Origin: a virus
Direction: 5' to 3' (one strand)
DNA: 64,000 nucleotides
IMG/VR virus record: IMGVR_UViG_3300032271_001847
Coordinates: 5,764-69,763 of that record
Below, one piece after another: positions 1 through 10,577 of this stretch. The translations under genes and the position numbers were made by a program. The first letter of the stretch is position 1. Each line of letters begins with the position of its first letter. The notes beneath the pieces were generated by a model. That model was not told where the DNA came from, did not search any database, and saw only the letters and a program-made list of their open reading frames with translations.

Positions 1-1
1 A

Positions 2-112
2 AAATGGAAGGATGTGGTTACAGATGAAAATCTGGCGTCATATGCGGAATGGATTACAGCCGAGGAACTTACCAACGACTATCTATTGATTCGGCATGCA
101 CAAATTAAATAG
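2..112 (+). CDS. guaB: 3' end of IMPDH N-fragment fused to split-intein N half (partial, runs off window)
   Basis: Frame 2 reads KWKDVVTDENLASYAEWITAEELTNDYLLIRHAQIK*, resembling the end of IMPDH-1-type IntN (W..AEEL...LLI); the matching IntC-IMPDH follows at 1076. Confidence 0.75.
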   Translation, partial: KWKDVVTDENLASYAEWITAEELTNDYLLIRHAQIK

Positions 113-138
113 CTAAAATAGCTATTGGAGCAGGTAGT

Positions 139-2538
<2,400 letters not shown>

Positions 2539-2556
2539 GATCAGATATTTATCCGT

Positions 2557-2584
2557 TTGACATTTCATAGAAATATGCTATCAT
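2557..2584 (+). promoter_or_regulatory. Sigma70-type early promoter
   Basis: TTGACA-N13-TGCTATCAT; same geometry recurs at 4052, 7718, 35940, 36968 and 39600. Confidence 0.75.
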
Positions 2585-2610
2585 GCATGGGTAACATAAA
2601 AGGTCAGGCC

Positions 2611-3255
2611 ATGAAGTACGAGTTTCCGCACATCACGAATCTGGACGAAGTCCGTGCCGTGATCAAGGATCTTCCTGAGTTCATCATCGCCGAACGCGAT
2701 TGGGGATTCGTGGTGAACTATCTGGTGAGTGGTCCAGACACCTTCCCTGGTGTCCACACCGCCGGTGGATCTCCACGCATGCGTGAGGAAGCAACCCGGG
2801 CCAAGGCCATCCGCCGCGAGTGCCGTGGCCTGATCTTTTGCAAGAAGACTGAACTGATCACCCGCAGGCCGCTACACAAGTTTTGGAATATCAACGAGCG
2901 AGACGAAACGCAGCTTGATAAGCTTGATTTCTCTGCACCTCATCGGGTTTATACCAAGCTCGATGGGTCAATGCTGGTTCCGTTTGAGGTCGAGCACGGT
3001 TCCGGTATTGTAAGGTGGGGGACTAAGATGGGTGCTGGCACAGAGGTTGCACTGGCTGCTGAGGTGTTTGTAGCCGACAATCCAAAATATCAGCAATTTG
3101 CTGAGTGGTGCATCAAGCAAGGCATTAGTCCAATCTTTGAGTTCACCACTCCGGGTAAGCACAAGATCGTGGTCGACTACCATGCACCAATGCTAACCCT
3201 ACTGGCTGCTCGTCACATGATCACCGGAGAATATATCGACATTCACGGACCGTGA
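2611..3255 (+). CDS. rnlA: RNA ligase 1 (Rnl1-like), N-terminal fragment
   Basis: RRECRGLIF, HKFWNINE, motif I TKLDGSM, IFEF, LTLLAARH; stops before motifs IV and V. Confidence 0.85.
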   Translation: MKYEFPHITNLDEVRAVIKDLPEFIIAERDWGFVVNYLVSGPDTFPGVHTAGGSPRMREEATRAKAIRRECRGLIFCKKTELITRRPLHKFWNINERDETQLDKLDFSAPHRVYTKLDGSMLVPFEVEHGSGIVRWGTKMGAGTEVALAAEVFVADNPKYQQFAEWCIKQGISPIFEFTTPGKHKIVVDYHAPMLTLLAARHMITGEYIDIHGP

Positions 3256-3978
3256 ATGTCGATTCCTCTGCCTTTCAGATGGACTTCTTTTAGGAATGTC
3301 AAATTCAGATAGCATCAACTGAACTGCTGCCTCTGTACACCCTAGATTTTTGCTAATTGCACGACAAGATAATTTATTCACGATATAAGATTGGTATAGA
3401 TAGTCTCGGTTACGAAGATCGGCTCGTCGACGGTTAATATCAAGCTTCCTTCTCCAGTTATGTATCGCCGTAGCAGATACACCGTAGAGTTTGCCAATAG
3501 CTGGATCTGAAAAACCATCTTCCACATGCCCAAGAAGGAGTATTTTAAAATCTTCTATGGTAGTACTCATAGACCACGCCGGCGGGCCGTTTATTCCTCG
3601 CGGTCCGCTGTTAGCTTCTCTAACAGCTTCTCTGGCCGCAGCTAGTTGCAAGATTGTTGGATTTCTCCGATTCTTACCACCATTATCTTTGACGCACATG
3701 CAGTGGTAGGCCCGCAAGGCAGCAATTCTATATTCTCCTATTGAAAACTTTGTCATTATATGATGGACAACAATGTGTTCTTTTGCGGTCAGGGCAGCAA
3801 TATTGTTTGGGTCTGTCTCTCCGCCAAGACGGAACGATCGAGGCACAATGTGGTGTGACTCGTAATACATGTTAGGTAAAGTTGCACGAGTTATAGCCCG
3901 GTTGATTATAGCCACATACCATCTAAAGTATTTGTTAGCTAGGGAATGCTCAGCCAGACAAGTCAAGTAAATATTCAT
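3199..3978 (-). CDS. HNH homing endonuclease, antisense, interrupting the RNA ligase
   Basis: NKYFRWY...YYESHHIVPRS..GG.TDPNNIAALTAKEHIVVHH; two C-terminal HTH-like segments; AGGAG RBS before ATG at 3978. Confidence 0.85.
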   Translation of the reverse strand: MNIYLTCLAEHSLANKYFRWYVAIINRAITRATLPNMYYESHHIVPRSFRLGGETDPNNIAALTAKEHIVVHHIMTKFSIGEYRIAALRAYHCMCVKDNGGKNRRNPTILQLAAAREAVREANSGPRGINGPPAWSMSTTIEDFKILLLGHVEDGFSDPAIGKLYGVSATAIHNWRRKLDINRRRADLRNRDYLYQSYIVNKLSCRAISKNLGCTEAAVQLMLSEFDIPKRSPSERQRNRHSRSVNVDIFSGDHVTSSQ

Positions 3979-4048
3979 GCTGATTGCTCCTCGAAAGCGT
4001 TTAGAGCAGTTGGGGACGGCAATCCCGCGAACTGCATTCGTATTTATA
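3979..4048 (-). promoter_or_regulatory. Late promoter TATAAATA plus conserved structured leader, copy 1
   Basis: TATAAATA, stem GCAGTT/AACTGC enclosing GGGA/TCCC, then CTCTAAACGCTT..AGGAGCAATCAGC-ATG; homologous to 39523-39590. Confidence 0.7.
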
Positions 4049-4051
4049 CGC

Positions 4052-4079
4052 TTGACATTGTCCATATCTGTGCTAATAT
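4052..4079 (+). promoter_or_regulatory. Sigma70-type promoter for the RNA ligase C-fragment
   Basis: TTGACA-N13-TGCTAATAT, followed by GAGG RBS and ATG at 4108. Confidence 0.75.
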
Positions 4080-4107
4080 AGGCATACAATAAACAAGCGA
4101 GGCACTT

Positions 4108-4698
4108 ATGCGATCCATGATTGAATACCTTGGAATCCCGGTGGTACAGGCACACGATCCGGTGACAAATCCACAAAGCTTTATGAGGTCCATCAAGGAC
4201 CTCGAAGGAAGCGAGGGTGTTATCATCGTGTGGCCAAACGGACATCGCGTCAAGATCAAAGGAGACTGGTACATTTCCCGGCACAAAGCCAAGGATAAAA
4301 TCCTGAGGGAGAACGGTTTGATCGAACTGATTCTTAACGACGCCATCGATGATGTCAAGCCTGTACTGGATATTGAAGACCGGCATCGTCTGGAGAAATT
4401 TGAACGGGAGTTCTGGCGAGGTGTGCTCAATACCGAGATGTCGTGGCAGGAAGCATATCGCCAGGTGAGAGGAGAGTTTGGTCATGATCGCAAGCAATTC
4501 GCGCTGACGCGGGCTACCGATCTTGAACAGAACCTGCGTGGGGTGATCTTCCGGGCCTGGGACAATCCGGATGTTGATTTCCGTGCCGCGGTGATCGATG
4601 CGGTTCGCAAGAATATGGGCACCCAGACCAAGGTCAACGAAGCTCGGCACCTCTGGGGAGGTGCCGAGTGGAACTATCGGGATAACGGGGAAGCGTGA
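4108..4698 (+). CDS. rnlA: RNA ligase 1, C-terminal fragment
   Basis: GIPVV, motif IV EGVII, motif V RVKIKGDWY..H, then helical domain (DDVKP.L). Confidence 0.85.
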   Translation: MRSMIEYLGIPVVQAHDPVTNPQSFMRSIKDLEGSEGVIIVWPNGHRVKIKGDWYISRHKAKDKILRENGLIELILNDAIDDVKPVLDIEDRHRLEKFEREFWRGVLNTEMSWQEAYRQVRGEFGHDRKQFALTRATDLEQNLRGVIFRAWDNPDVDFRAAVIDAVRKNMGTQTKVNEARHLWGGAEWNYRDNGEA

Positions 4699-5006
4699 TG
4701 TTGGCTGATCCCAATCTGCCAGAGAACCATGATCGTGTGCTCTGGTGCGTGCATGGCTTTGACTGTTTTCCCGAGATCTTCTGCTGCAAGATCCGTACCC
4801 ATGCAGAATTTGGTCCCATCATCTGGGGCTACAGCGTGTATAAACGCAAGCCAGGCTTCCGCACCCTGGGACAGAATGTGAACATCTGGATGCAGGACCT
4901 CCGGGCTAAGTTTGGCTGTGATCTATTTGAGTTCTATGACGATCACGGAGAGGCCATTGCACGCATCACACGATTGACCACGCCCAATGCAGGAGCCCGA
5001 TCATGA
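4695..5006 (+). CDS. Hypothetical protein
   Basis: Start overlaps the upstream stop codon; operon-like packing. Confidence 0.65.
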   Translation: MMLADPNLPENHDRVLWCVHGFDCFPEIFCCKIRTHAEFGPIIWGYSVYKRKPGFRTLGQNVNIWMQDLRAKFGCDLFEFYDDHGEAIARITRLTTPNAGARS

Positions 5007-5089
5007 GCAAGGAACCCTTCCACAGGAAGGACGGCAGCCAGATCACATTGGGTAATGTGCTCAAACAACATTTTGGAGTCCAATCCTGA
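5003..5089 (+). CDS. Small hypothetical protein, 28 aa (MSKEPFHRKDGSQITLGNVLKQHFGVQS)
   Basis: AGGAG RBS, ATGA overlap upstream and TGATG overlap downstream. Confidence 0.5.
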   Translation: MSKEPFHRKDGSQITLGNVLKQHFGVQS

Positions 5090-5187
5090 TGGCAAACGAT
5101 CCTAACCTTGCCCGGGTACAAAAGGCCAAGAAGCTGATCAAGAACAGCGCATATGGTCGTAAACTGCCGCGATCGACTGGAAAATAA
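5089..5187 (+). CDS. Small 32-aa protein carrying a PolB motif-B-like sequence
   Basis: MANDPNLARVQKAKKLIKNSAYGRKLPRSTGK; GGAG RBS; TGATG coupling. Confidence 0.5.
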   Translation: MANDPNLARVQKAKKLIKNSAYGRKLPRSTGK

Positions 5188-5274
5188 CAAGCAATATCAA
5201 CGAATTAAATCTCCATTACCGTATGCTATGTGTGTTGGATAAATAGCACGAGAAACGTTGCATGGAGACGATGA

Positions 5275-5742
5275 ATGTGGTTGTTGAACTTCGTTCCCGA
5301 AGAATTGATACGATGGGTGATACACGGGATCGTCGCCCTAGGGGCTACCATGTATCTGGCCAGCACATTCGTGAAAATGCTAACATCGAGATTGGCTCCT
5401 GGGATCGCCGCAACGGCAATGGGAATACGTCTACTTGGTGCAGCAATGTTAATAGCCGGCATCTATTTCGAAGGTGGCCACGGTGTTGAGATGGAATGGC
5501 GTCATCGCGTTGACGAGATGCAACAACGGTTGCAGCAAGCGCAACAGGCATCAGCAACTGCCAACGCTGCACTCGAACAAGCACAACGAGACAGGGCACA
5601 AGCCATCGCCCAAACAACCACATTGATGCAATCCAGGATACAGGCACAGAGAACACAGATCAACAATGCCTGCAGGGTTGATCCGGCTGCGATAGATCTC
5701 TACAATCAAATCATTTCAGGACCAAGGGGGCAATCACGATGA
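5275..5742 (+). CDS. Inner-membrane spanin (Rz-like)
   Basis: N-terminal TM helices, coiled coil, C-terminal Cys; overlaps a lipoprotein gene; ATAAATA upstream. Confidence 0.75.
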   Translation: MWLLNFVPEELIRWVIHGIVALGATMYLASTFVKMLTSRLAPGIAATAMGIRLLGAAMLIAGIYFEGGHGVEMEWRHRVDEMQQRLQQAQQASATANAALEQAQRDRAQAIAQTTTLMQSRIQAQRTQINNACRVDPAAIDLYNQIISGPRGQSR

Positions 5743-6008
5743 AGATCATGCATATCATGGCCCTGATGGCTCTTGCAGGGTGTGGCAAAACCGTGCCGGT
5801 CCACGTGGCATTCCCCGAAGCGCCGGCCTCATTGCTGCAACCCGCATCGCCACTGACTCCGTTGCCAACGGACAGGACGATACAACTAAGCGACATTCTC
5901 GACAATGCCAACACCAACTATGGACGGTATCATGAGGTGTCGGCAAGGCTGGAATCATGGATACAATGGTATAATGAGCAGAAACGCATTTTCGATGAGG
6001 TCAGGTAG
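5739..6008 (+). CDS. Outer-membrane spanin lipoprotein (Rz1-like)
   Basis: Lipobox LAGC, Pro-rich segment, WIQWY near the C-terminus. Confidence 0.8.
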   Translation: MKIMHIMALMALAGCGKTVPVHVAFPEAPASLLQPASPLTPLPTDRTIQLSDILDNANTNYGRYHEVSARLESWIQWYNEQKRIFDEVR

Positions 6009-6061
6009 AGGTTGATAGAACTCCGTTGATGTGCTATGCTAGATTATCAAAGGAGATCACA

Positions 6062-6529
6062 ATGCCAACCCTCTACATGCTGATAGGTGTGCCGTGTGCC
6101 GGTAAAAGCACCTGGGTCGGTAATCAGATGTTTGATTGGACCATCACCGAAATGGTCAGCACCGATGCCATCATCGATCGCCGTGCGGCTGCACAAGGTA
6201 AGACCTACAGCGATGTATTCAAGCGAGAAATCAAGTCCGCCACTGCTGAGATGAACCAGACTCTACGGTCTGCCATCTCTTCAAATAAGGACATCGTCTG
6301 GGATCAGACCAACGTCACTGCCAAGGCCCGGAAGAACAAGCTGGATCAGATTCCAAATGGGTATCGCAAGGTGGCGATTTTCGTTGCCACGCCTGATCGT
6401 GCCGAATTGCAGCGCAGGCTCGATGGAAGACCCGGGAAGACCATTCCGTATAACATCGTCATGGGCATGGTGAGCCAGCTCGAGCGTCCTTCAACCGACG
6501 AAGGGTTTGATGATGTGATTGACGCATGA
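6062..6529 (+). CDS. P-loop kinase (AAA_33 / polynucleotide kinase-like)
   Basis: GVPCAGKST, STD, WDQTN...R, lid RRxxR; AAGGAG RBS. Confidence 0.8.
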   Translation: MPTLYMLIGVPCAGKSTWVGNQMFDWTITEMVSTDAIIDRRAAAQGKTYSDVFKREIKSATAEMNQTLRSAISSNKDIVWDQTNVTAKARKNKLDQIPNGYRKVAIFVATPDRAELQRRLDGRPGKTIPYNIVMGMVSQLERPSTDEGFDDVIDA

Positions 6530-6834
6530 TCACCAATGGCAAGGACGAATCCCTGATCATATTGGCCGAAGAGTGCGCTGAAGTCGTTCAGATATCATCA
6601 AAGATACATCGTTGGGGACCTGATAGCAACAACAATGGCAGGATGGAACACACCAACATGGATCAACTGATCCTTGAGATCGGTGATCTACAGGCGATGA
6701 TTGACATCGTGATCAGCGAATGGGAGATAGAGCCATCCTTGATCAAGGCAGCGTGCGATGCCAAGAAGATCAAGCTGGAGAGATACAGCAACCATTTGCG
6801 AGGTTATGGATCTAAGCCCACGCTACCATCTTGA
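6526..6834 (+). CDS. MazG-like NTP pyrophosphohydrolase
   Basis: EECAEVVQ..SK and EIGDL motifs. Confidence 0.75.
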   Translation: MITNGKDESLIILAEECAEVVQISSKIHRWGPDSNNNGRMEHTNMDQLILEIGDLQAMIDIVISEWEIEPSLIKAACDAKKIKLERYSNHLRGYGSKPTLPS

Positions 6835-7453
6835 ATTTCTCCGGTCCGATGCCAAAGAATTGGCATTTCCAGTCGCTCTGGTCAAAAAACCCAAGTCCGT
6901 GCCATTCATCCTTGCGCCTTAGCAAGGATGCTGCTGCATCGTTCCAATCTATTGATATGAGGGCGCGTTCAAGGGATAGTTTCATCTCGTTCACCTCCTT
7001 GCGATCAAATCCATCATACTCGTAATGCAGTATCTCAAACACCTCGCCATCGGCTCCGGCATAATCCATGGAAAAATCAATACCCCATTTTGGTCGGTAC
7101 CTTGCCACCTTCCAGAGCAGCGGGTTTTTCCGCGCCCATCCTTCGAGCTGTTCAAGAGCAAGGCCGGCATAACCTTTTCTTTCAAATATCAATGAATGGT
7201 TGAGAACGGCCCCACTGGTCCTCAATTCCTGGACGAACCATGGGCGCTTGAGGGCAATATGAGCATGGTTCCTATGTATGCTGTGCCAACCATGATTGGC
7301 ATGTGAATACATGATCTCTAGTGGAGACAGATCGTATCCATTCTGGTCAAATAGCTCTACCGAGTCGGGTCCAGGACAATCCGTGAGATCAATTGGGGAT
7401 CTCCAATAACCGTCTTTCTCAAAAGAAACCGTTAACAGGGATACATCGTACAT
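6812..7453 (-). CDS. Hypothetical phage protein
   Basis: 213-aa ORF with GTAAATA late-type promoter just upstream. Confidence 0.7.
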   Translation of the reverse strand: MYDVSLLTVSFEKDGYWRSPIDLTDCPGPDSVELFDQNGYDLSPLEIMYSHANHGWHSIHRNHAHIALKRPWFVQELRTSGAVLNHSLIFERKGYAGLALEQLEGWARKNPLLWKVARYRPKWGIDFSMDYAGADGEVFEILHYEYDGFDRKEVNEMKLSLERALISIDWNDAAASLLRRKDEWHGLGFFDQSDWKCQFFGIGPEKFKMVAWA

Positions 7454-7517
7454 CGTGGATATTTACCAGAGTCGATACCATTATAACGTCATAACATAAA
7501 TAACAAAAAAGCAAGGA

Positions 7518-7712
7518 ATGTCAATGAACGGGTTTTTAAAAAAACTGCTGGTATCGGCTGTTGTATTCGCTGCCTTCTATCTCTCCGGTTGCATCGCAAT
7601 CTATTGCGAAGGGCTGCATGACAGTCTTGTTGCTAGCACGGCCGTCTTTGGTGTGAGCTTTGTGAGCATCATTGGTGGTGTTGTAAAACTTTGGTATGAC
7701 ATGTTCGTTTAA
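7518..7712 (+). CDS. Small two-TM membrane protein
   Basis: Two hydrophobic helices; AAGGA RBS. Confidence 0.55.
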   Translation: MSMNGFLKKLLVSAVVFAAFYLSGCIAIYCEGLHDSLVASTAVFGVSFVSIIGGVVKLWYDMFV

Positions 7713-7776
7713 TCGTCTTGACACAGCTTGTTTTAGTGTTATAGTTTAAACTATGTAGAAAAATGGTAGAACAACA

Positions 7777-8331
7777 ATGCCTGCAACACTGGTTCTCAAC
7801 GCGGACTACTCTCCGCTGAGCATAATTCCGATCAGCTCCATATCCTGGAAGGATGCCATCAAGATTTCCTTCCTCGGGCATGCGACTCCTGTTGAGTATT
7901 ATGACGACTGGTCAGTGAGCAGCCCTTCAACTGTGCTCCCGGTCCCGGCCGTGATGATATCTGAAACATACATCAAGAAAAAGCACGGTGTGCGTTTCAG
8001 CAGGACCAATATGCTAATCAGGGACAATTTTACCTGCCAGTATTGTGCAAAAAAGCTCAATAGCTTCGACCTCACCGTTGATCACGTGATCCCACGTGTC
8101 AAGGGTGGAAAGACCAAATGGGAGAACATAGTGTGTTCTTGCTACGTTTGCAATAGCATCAAGGGTCACAAGACCAAGATGAAACCTGCTAAAATGCCGG
8201 TAAAACCGGAATACTGGCAGTTGCTCGATAATGCAAGGAAGATGCCAATCAAGATTCCAAGCGAAACTTGGATCAAATATCTTGGTTGGAATGAATCACT
8301 CATCACGGTGGTCAAACCAGATCGAAATTAG
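7777..8331 (+). CDS. HNH endonuclease (McrA-like family)
   Basis: LVLNADY, RDNFTCQYC, TVDHVIP..KGG...WENIVCSC..CN..K; promoter TTGACA..TATAGT at 7718. Confidence 0.9.
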   Translation: MPATLVLNADYSPLSIIPISSISWKDAIKISFLGHATPVEYYDDWSVSSPSTVLPVPAVMISETYIKKKHGVRFSRTNMLIRDNFTCQYCAKKLNSFDLTVDHVIPRVKGGKTKWENIVCSCYVCNSIKGHKTKMKPAKMPVKPEYWQLLDNARKMPIKIPSETWIKYLGWNESLITVVKPDRN

Positions 8332-8386
8332 GTTGACATTGTAAGGTCTCCTGCGCAATGCTTACGAAAGCCAAGGGAGATATCCA

Positions 8387-8695
8387 ATGTCGACTATTTC
8401 GTCAATTCCAGAATCAATGCAGCAACAGCAGGCGCCGGCTGCACCATCGATTTCAATACAGGACCTGCAAAATCTATTGATAGTGGTTGACCTGGCCACT
8501 CAACGCGGAGCATTTCGTGGCCCCGAGTTGAGCCAGGTCGGCGTTCTTTTTGATAAGATTAATCAATTTGTCCAGAGTGCTCTGCCAGCTGATGCGGCCG
8601 GACAGCAGGACAACATGCAGCAAGCGGGCGCGCCGCCGGCACCGACACCGGTAATGCCGATGACTCCACCGTTTGCACCAAAGGTGGGTGTATAA
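8387..8695 (+). CDS. Hypothetical phage protein
   Basis: DL..L..VVDLATQRGAFRG.EL..VG core; GGGAG RBS. Confidence 0.75.
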   Translation: MSTISSIPESMQQQQAPAAPSISIQDLQNLLIVVDLATQRGAFRGPELSQVGVLFDKINQFVQSALPADAAGQQDNMQQAGAPPAPTPVMPMTPPFAPKVGV

Positions 8696-8698
8696 CGA

Positions 8699-9475
8699 AT
8701 GAGCGATTTTACCGGAATGACAAAACACGTCGGTATGCTCAACAATACCGGAAAAAACGTGGTGGTTGTTTACATGACATTACCGGGCGACACACATCAC
8801 GCCCTGGTAGTCGATACCGATGCACTACCTGATTCATACAACGAATCTCTTCGAAAGATCGTGGAGAGTGTGGAAGGTCAGCAAAGCAAGGATCTAGCCG
8901 ATGTTCTTGGACGTCGCATGAGTCCCGATGGTAGCAACACCACCCTTCTACAGAAATTCCATATGGCAGGCCGACTACAGAAGGTACCCGTTAGTTTGGT
9001 GACCATGACACCCCGAAAGGGCGTTAGATGGCCATTGGTTGATGTATTGAAGGCGATGGACGCTACCAAGGCAGATGACCCGGTTGGGTTCAATGACCTC
9101 GATCCGGACACACGCGCAGCACTGGCAGCCGATCTTAAGAAATTCAACGTACATGCGAACAATCTCGCCGGAGAAGGTTCCGCCAATCGAAAGGACGAGG
9201 CAATTGGTCTCGTAAGACAGGCTGAGCTTCTCGAAGCCGATGCACAAAACATGCGCCAGCGTGCTTACATGATGGATCCTGCGTTGAGGAGGTCCGTGAC
9301 AAAACGATCCGAAAAACCGTCCGCGATACTTGAGGATCTTTCACCTCTTAATGCAACTGAACCAACAGCCGTTACCACAAAAAAGACTGTTGCGAAAAAT
9401 AATGACCGTAAGGTCGTTGCTGAGGTGGCAAAGCCAACACCTTCAAACTCGGCCAAGAAGCCAAAGGGTGTTTAA
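8699..9475 (+). CDS. Hypothetical phage protein
   Basis: KHVG N-terminus, Lys/Thr-rich tail, in operon. Confidence 0.75.
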   Translation: MSDFTGMTKHVGMLNNTGKNVVVVYMTLPGDTHHALVVDTDALPDSYNESLRKIVESVEGQQSKDLADVLGRRMSPDGSNTTLLQKFHMAGRLQKVPVSLVTMTPRKGVRWPLVDVLKAMDATKADDPVGFNDLDPDTRAALAADLKKFNVHANNLAGEGSANRKDEAIGLVRQAELLEADAQNMRQRAYMMDPALRRSVTKRSEKPSAILEDLSPLNATEPTAVTTKKTVAKNNDRKVVAEVAKPTPSNSAKKPKGV

Positions 9476-9477
9476 TC

Positions 9478-9747
9478 ATGTCCGCTGCTAGGCAGATTAT
9501 ACTAGACGAGATATCAGGAGAGCGTGATCGCCAGTATAATCTGCCCGGCAGCGAGTATGATCAACGACACAGCATAAATGATTGGATAGCTATTGCCTCT
9601 CAATATCTCACACGAGGGGCAGATCGCAAGCATACACGGGTTGATCTTGATGAACAGAGAGAATCCCTAATCAAGGCCGCGGCCGTGATAGTTGCTGCAC
9701 TTGAGCACATGGATAGACCAAAAACAACCATGGCATCCGCTAAATGA
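9478..9747 (+). CDS. Hypothetical protein, possibly MazG-like all-alpha fold
   Basis: EI..ER.RQ...W...RESLIKAAAVIVAALE pattern. Confidence 0.6.
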   Translation: MSAARQIILDEISGERDRQYNLPGSEYDQRHSINDWIAIASQYLTRGADRKHTRVDLDEQRESLIKAAAVIVAALEHMDRPKTTMASAK

Positions 9748-9775
9748 AAATGGGCCTTATAGGCCCATTTCTTTT
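9748..9775. terminator. Hairpin between convergent genes, likely bidirectional terminator
   Basis: AAATGGGCC-TTATA-GGCCCATTT followed by CTTTT. Confidence 0.7.
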
Positions 9776-9861
9776 CTTACCGTGGTAGCAGATATGCTTT
9801 CTATTTCCTCGCCTAGTTCAATATATACGTCTATTTAGTAATGAATCCAGCATCATAGATT

Positions 9862-10533
9862 TTATTTCATATAATCATCGATCATTTCTGAAAGGCTTAA
9901 GAAATGTATTTTCAATTCATTAGCGGCATCTATTGCCACTTGTCGATGCTCTTTTTGTGTAGATTTATCGCATCTTACTTCCAGATACGTCAGCCACGAC
10001 CTCAACGTGCCATTCATATACAATCGGCTGCGAGTCATACCTTCTGGAAGTACCGATCTGGCTTGTTCCTTGGCAATACCATTTTTGATTGCCCATTCAT
10101 AGATTTCACTGGTTTTATCAATCAAATATTTTTGTCTGGCGTCCCACTCAGCTTCAAGAAACGGATCATCTTCAATTTCAACGCTATTCTGTCGATTCGT
10201 TGGATCCTGAAGTCTTGCTTCTCGAGTTACAAACCCAAGATCCTTTGTAGGATCCGCATAACGCTGGCTGAACTCCTGGAAGCTAAAGCTACGATGGCGC
10301 AATATCTGTCGAGCAATGTCACGTGTGGTATCTATCTGCATCACCACGTTAACCATCTCAAAGATGGAAAAATGCTTATTTCGGAAACAGTAACGTAGCA
10401 ACCTATCCGATGTTTCAGTATTCATCTGATTGCTAGGGTTTGAAACCCTAGCCGCATATGCTATGAAATCCTCGGCGGTCTCTATCCCATCTATCATGGG
10501 TCTGGAAATTGATACTATCCTGGCTGTGTTCAT
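9862..10533 (-). CDS. thyX: FAD-dependent thymidylate synthase
   Basis: RQILRHRSFSFQEFSQRY, AKEQARSVLP, TQKEHR. Confidence 0.97.
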   Translation of the reverse strand: MNTARIVSISRPMIDGIETAEDFIAYAARVSNPSNQMNTETSDRLLRYCFRNKHFSIFEMVNVVMQIDTTRDIARQILRHRSFSFQEFSQRYADPTKDLGFVTREARLQDPTNRQNSVEIEDDPFLEAEWDARQKYLIDKTSEIYEWAIKNGIAKEQARSVLPEGMTRSRLYMNGTLRSWLTYLEVRCDKSTQKEHRQVAIDAANELKIHFLSLSEMIDDYMK

Positions 10534-10577
10534 TGATGGCTCCTATTAGCCATCAATAATGCTATCTCGTATCGGTT

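Noticed and set aside
3240-4107. Group I intron explanation for the RNA ligase interruption
   Set aside because: The insert is almost all antisense ORF plus promoters, leaving no room for a recognisable ribozyme core; not formally excluded without RT-PCR
3979-4650. 483-aa version of the HNH ORF starting at 4650
   Set aside because: The extension is the antisense shadow of the ligase C-fragment; promoter and RBS support the ATG at 3978
7777-8331. HNH gene as a mobile homing element
   Set aside because: McrA-like family, no DNA-binding repeats, composition like its neighbours, interrupts nothing
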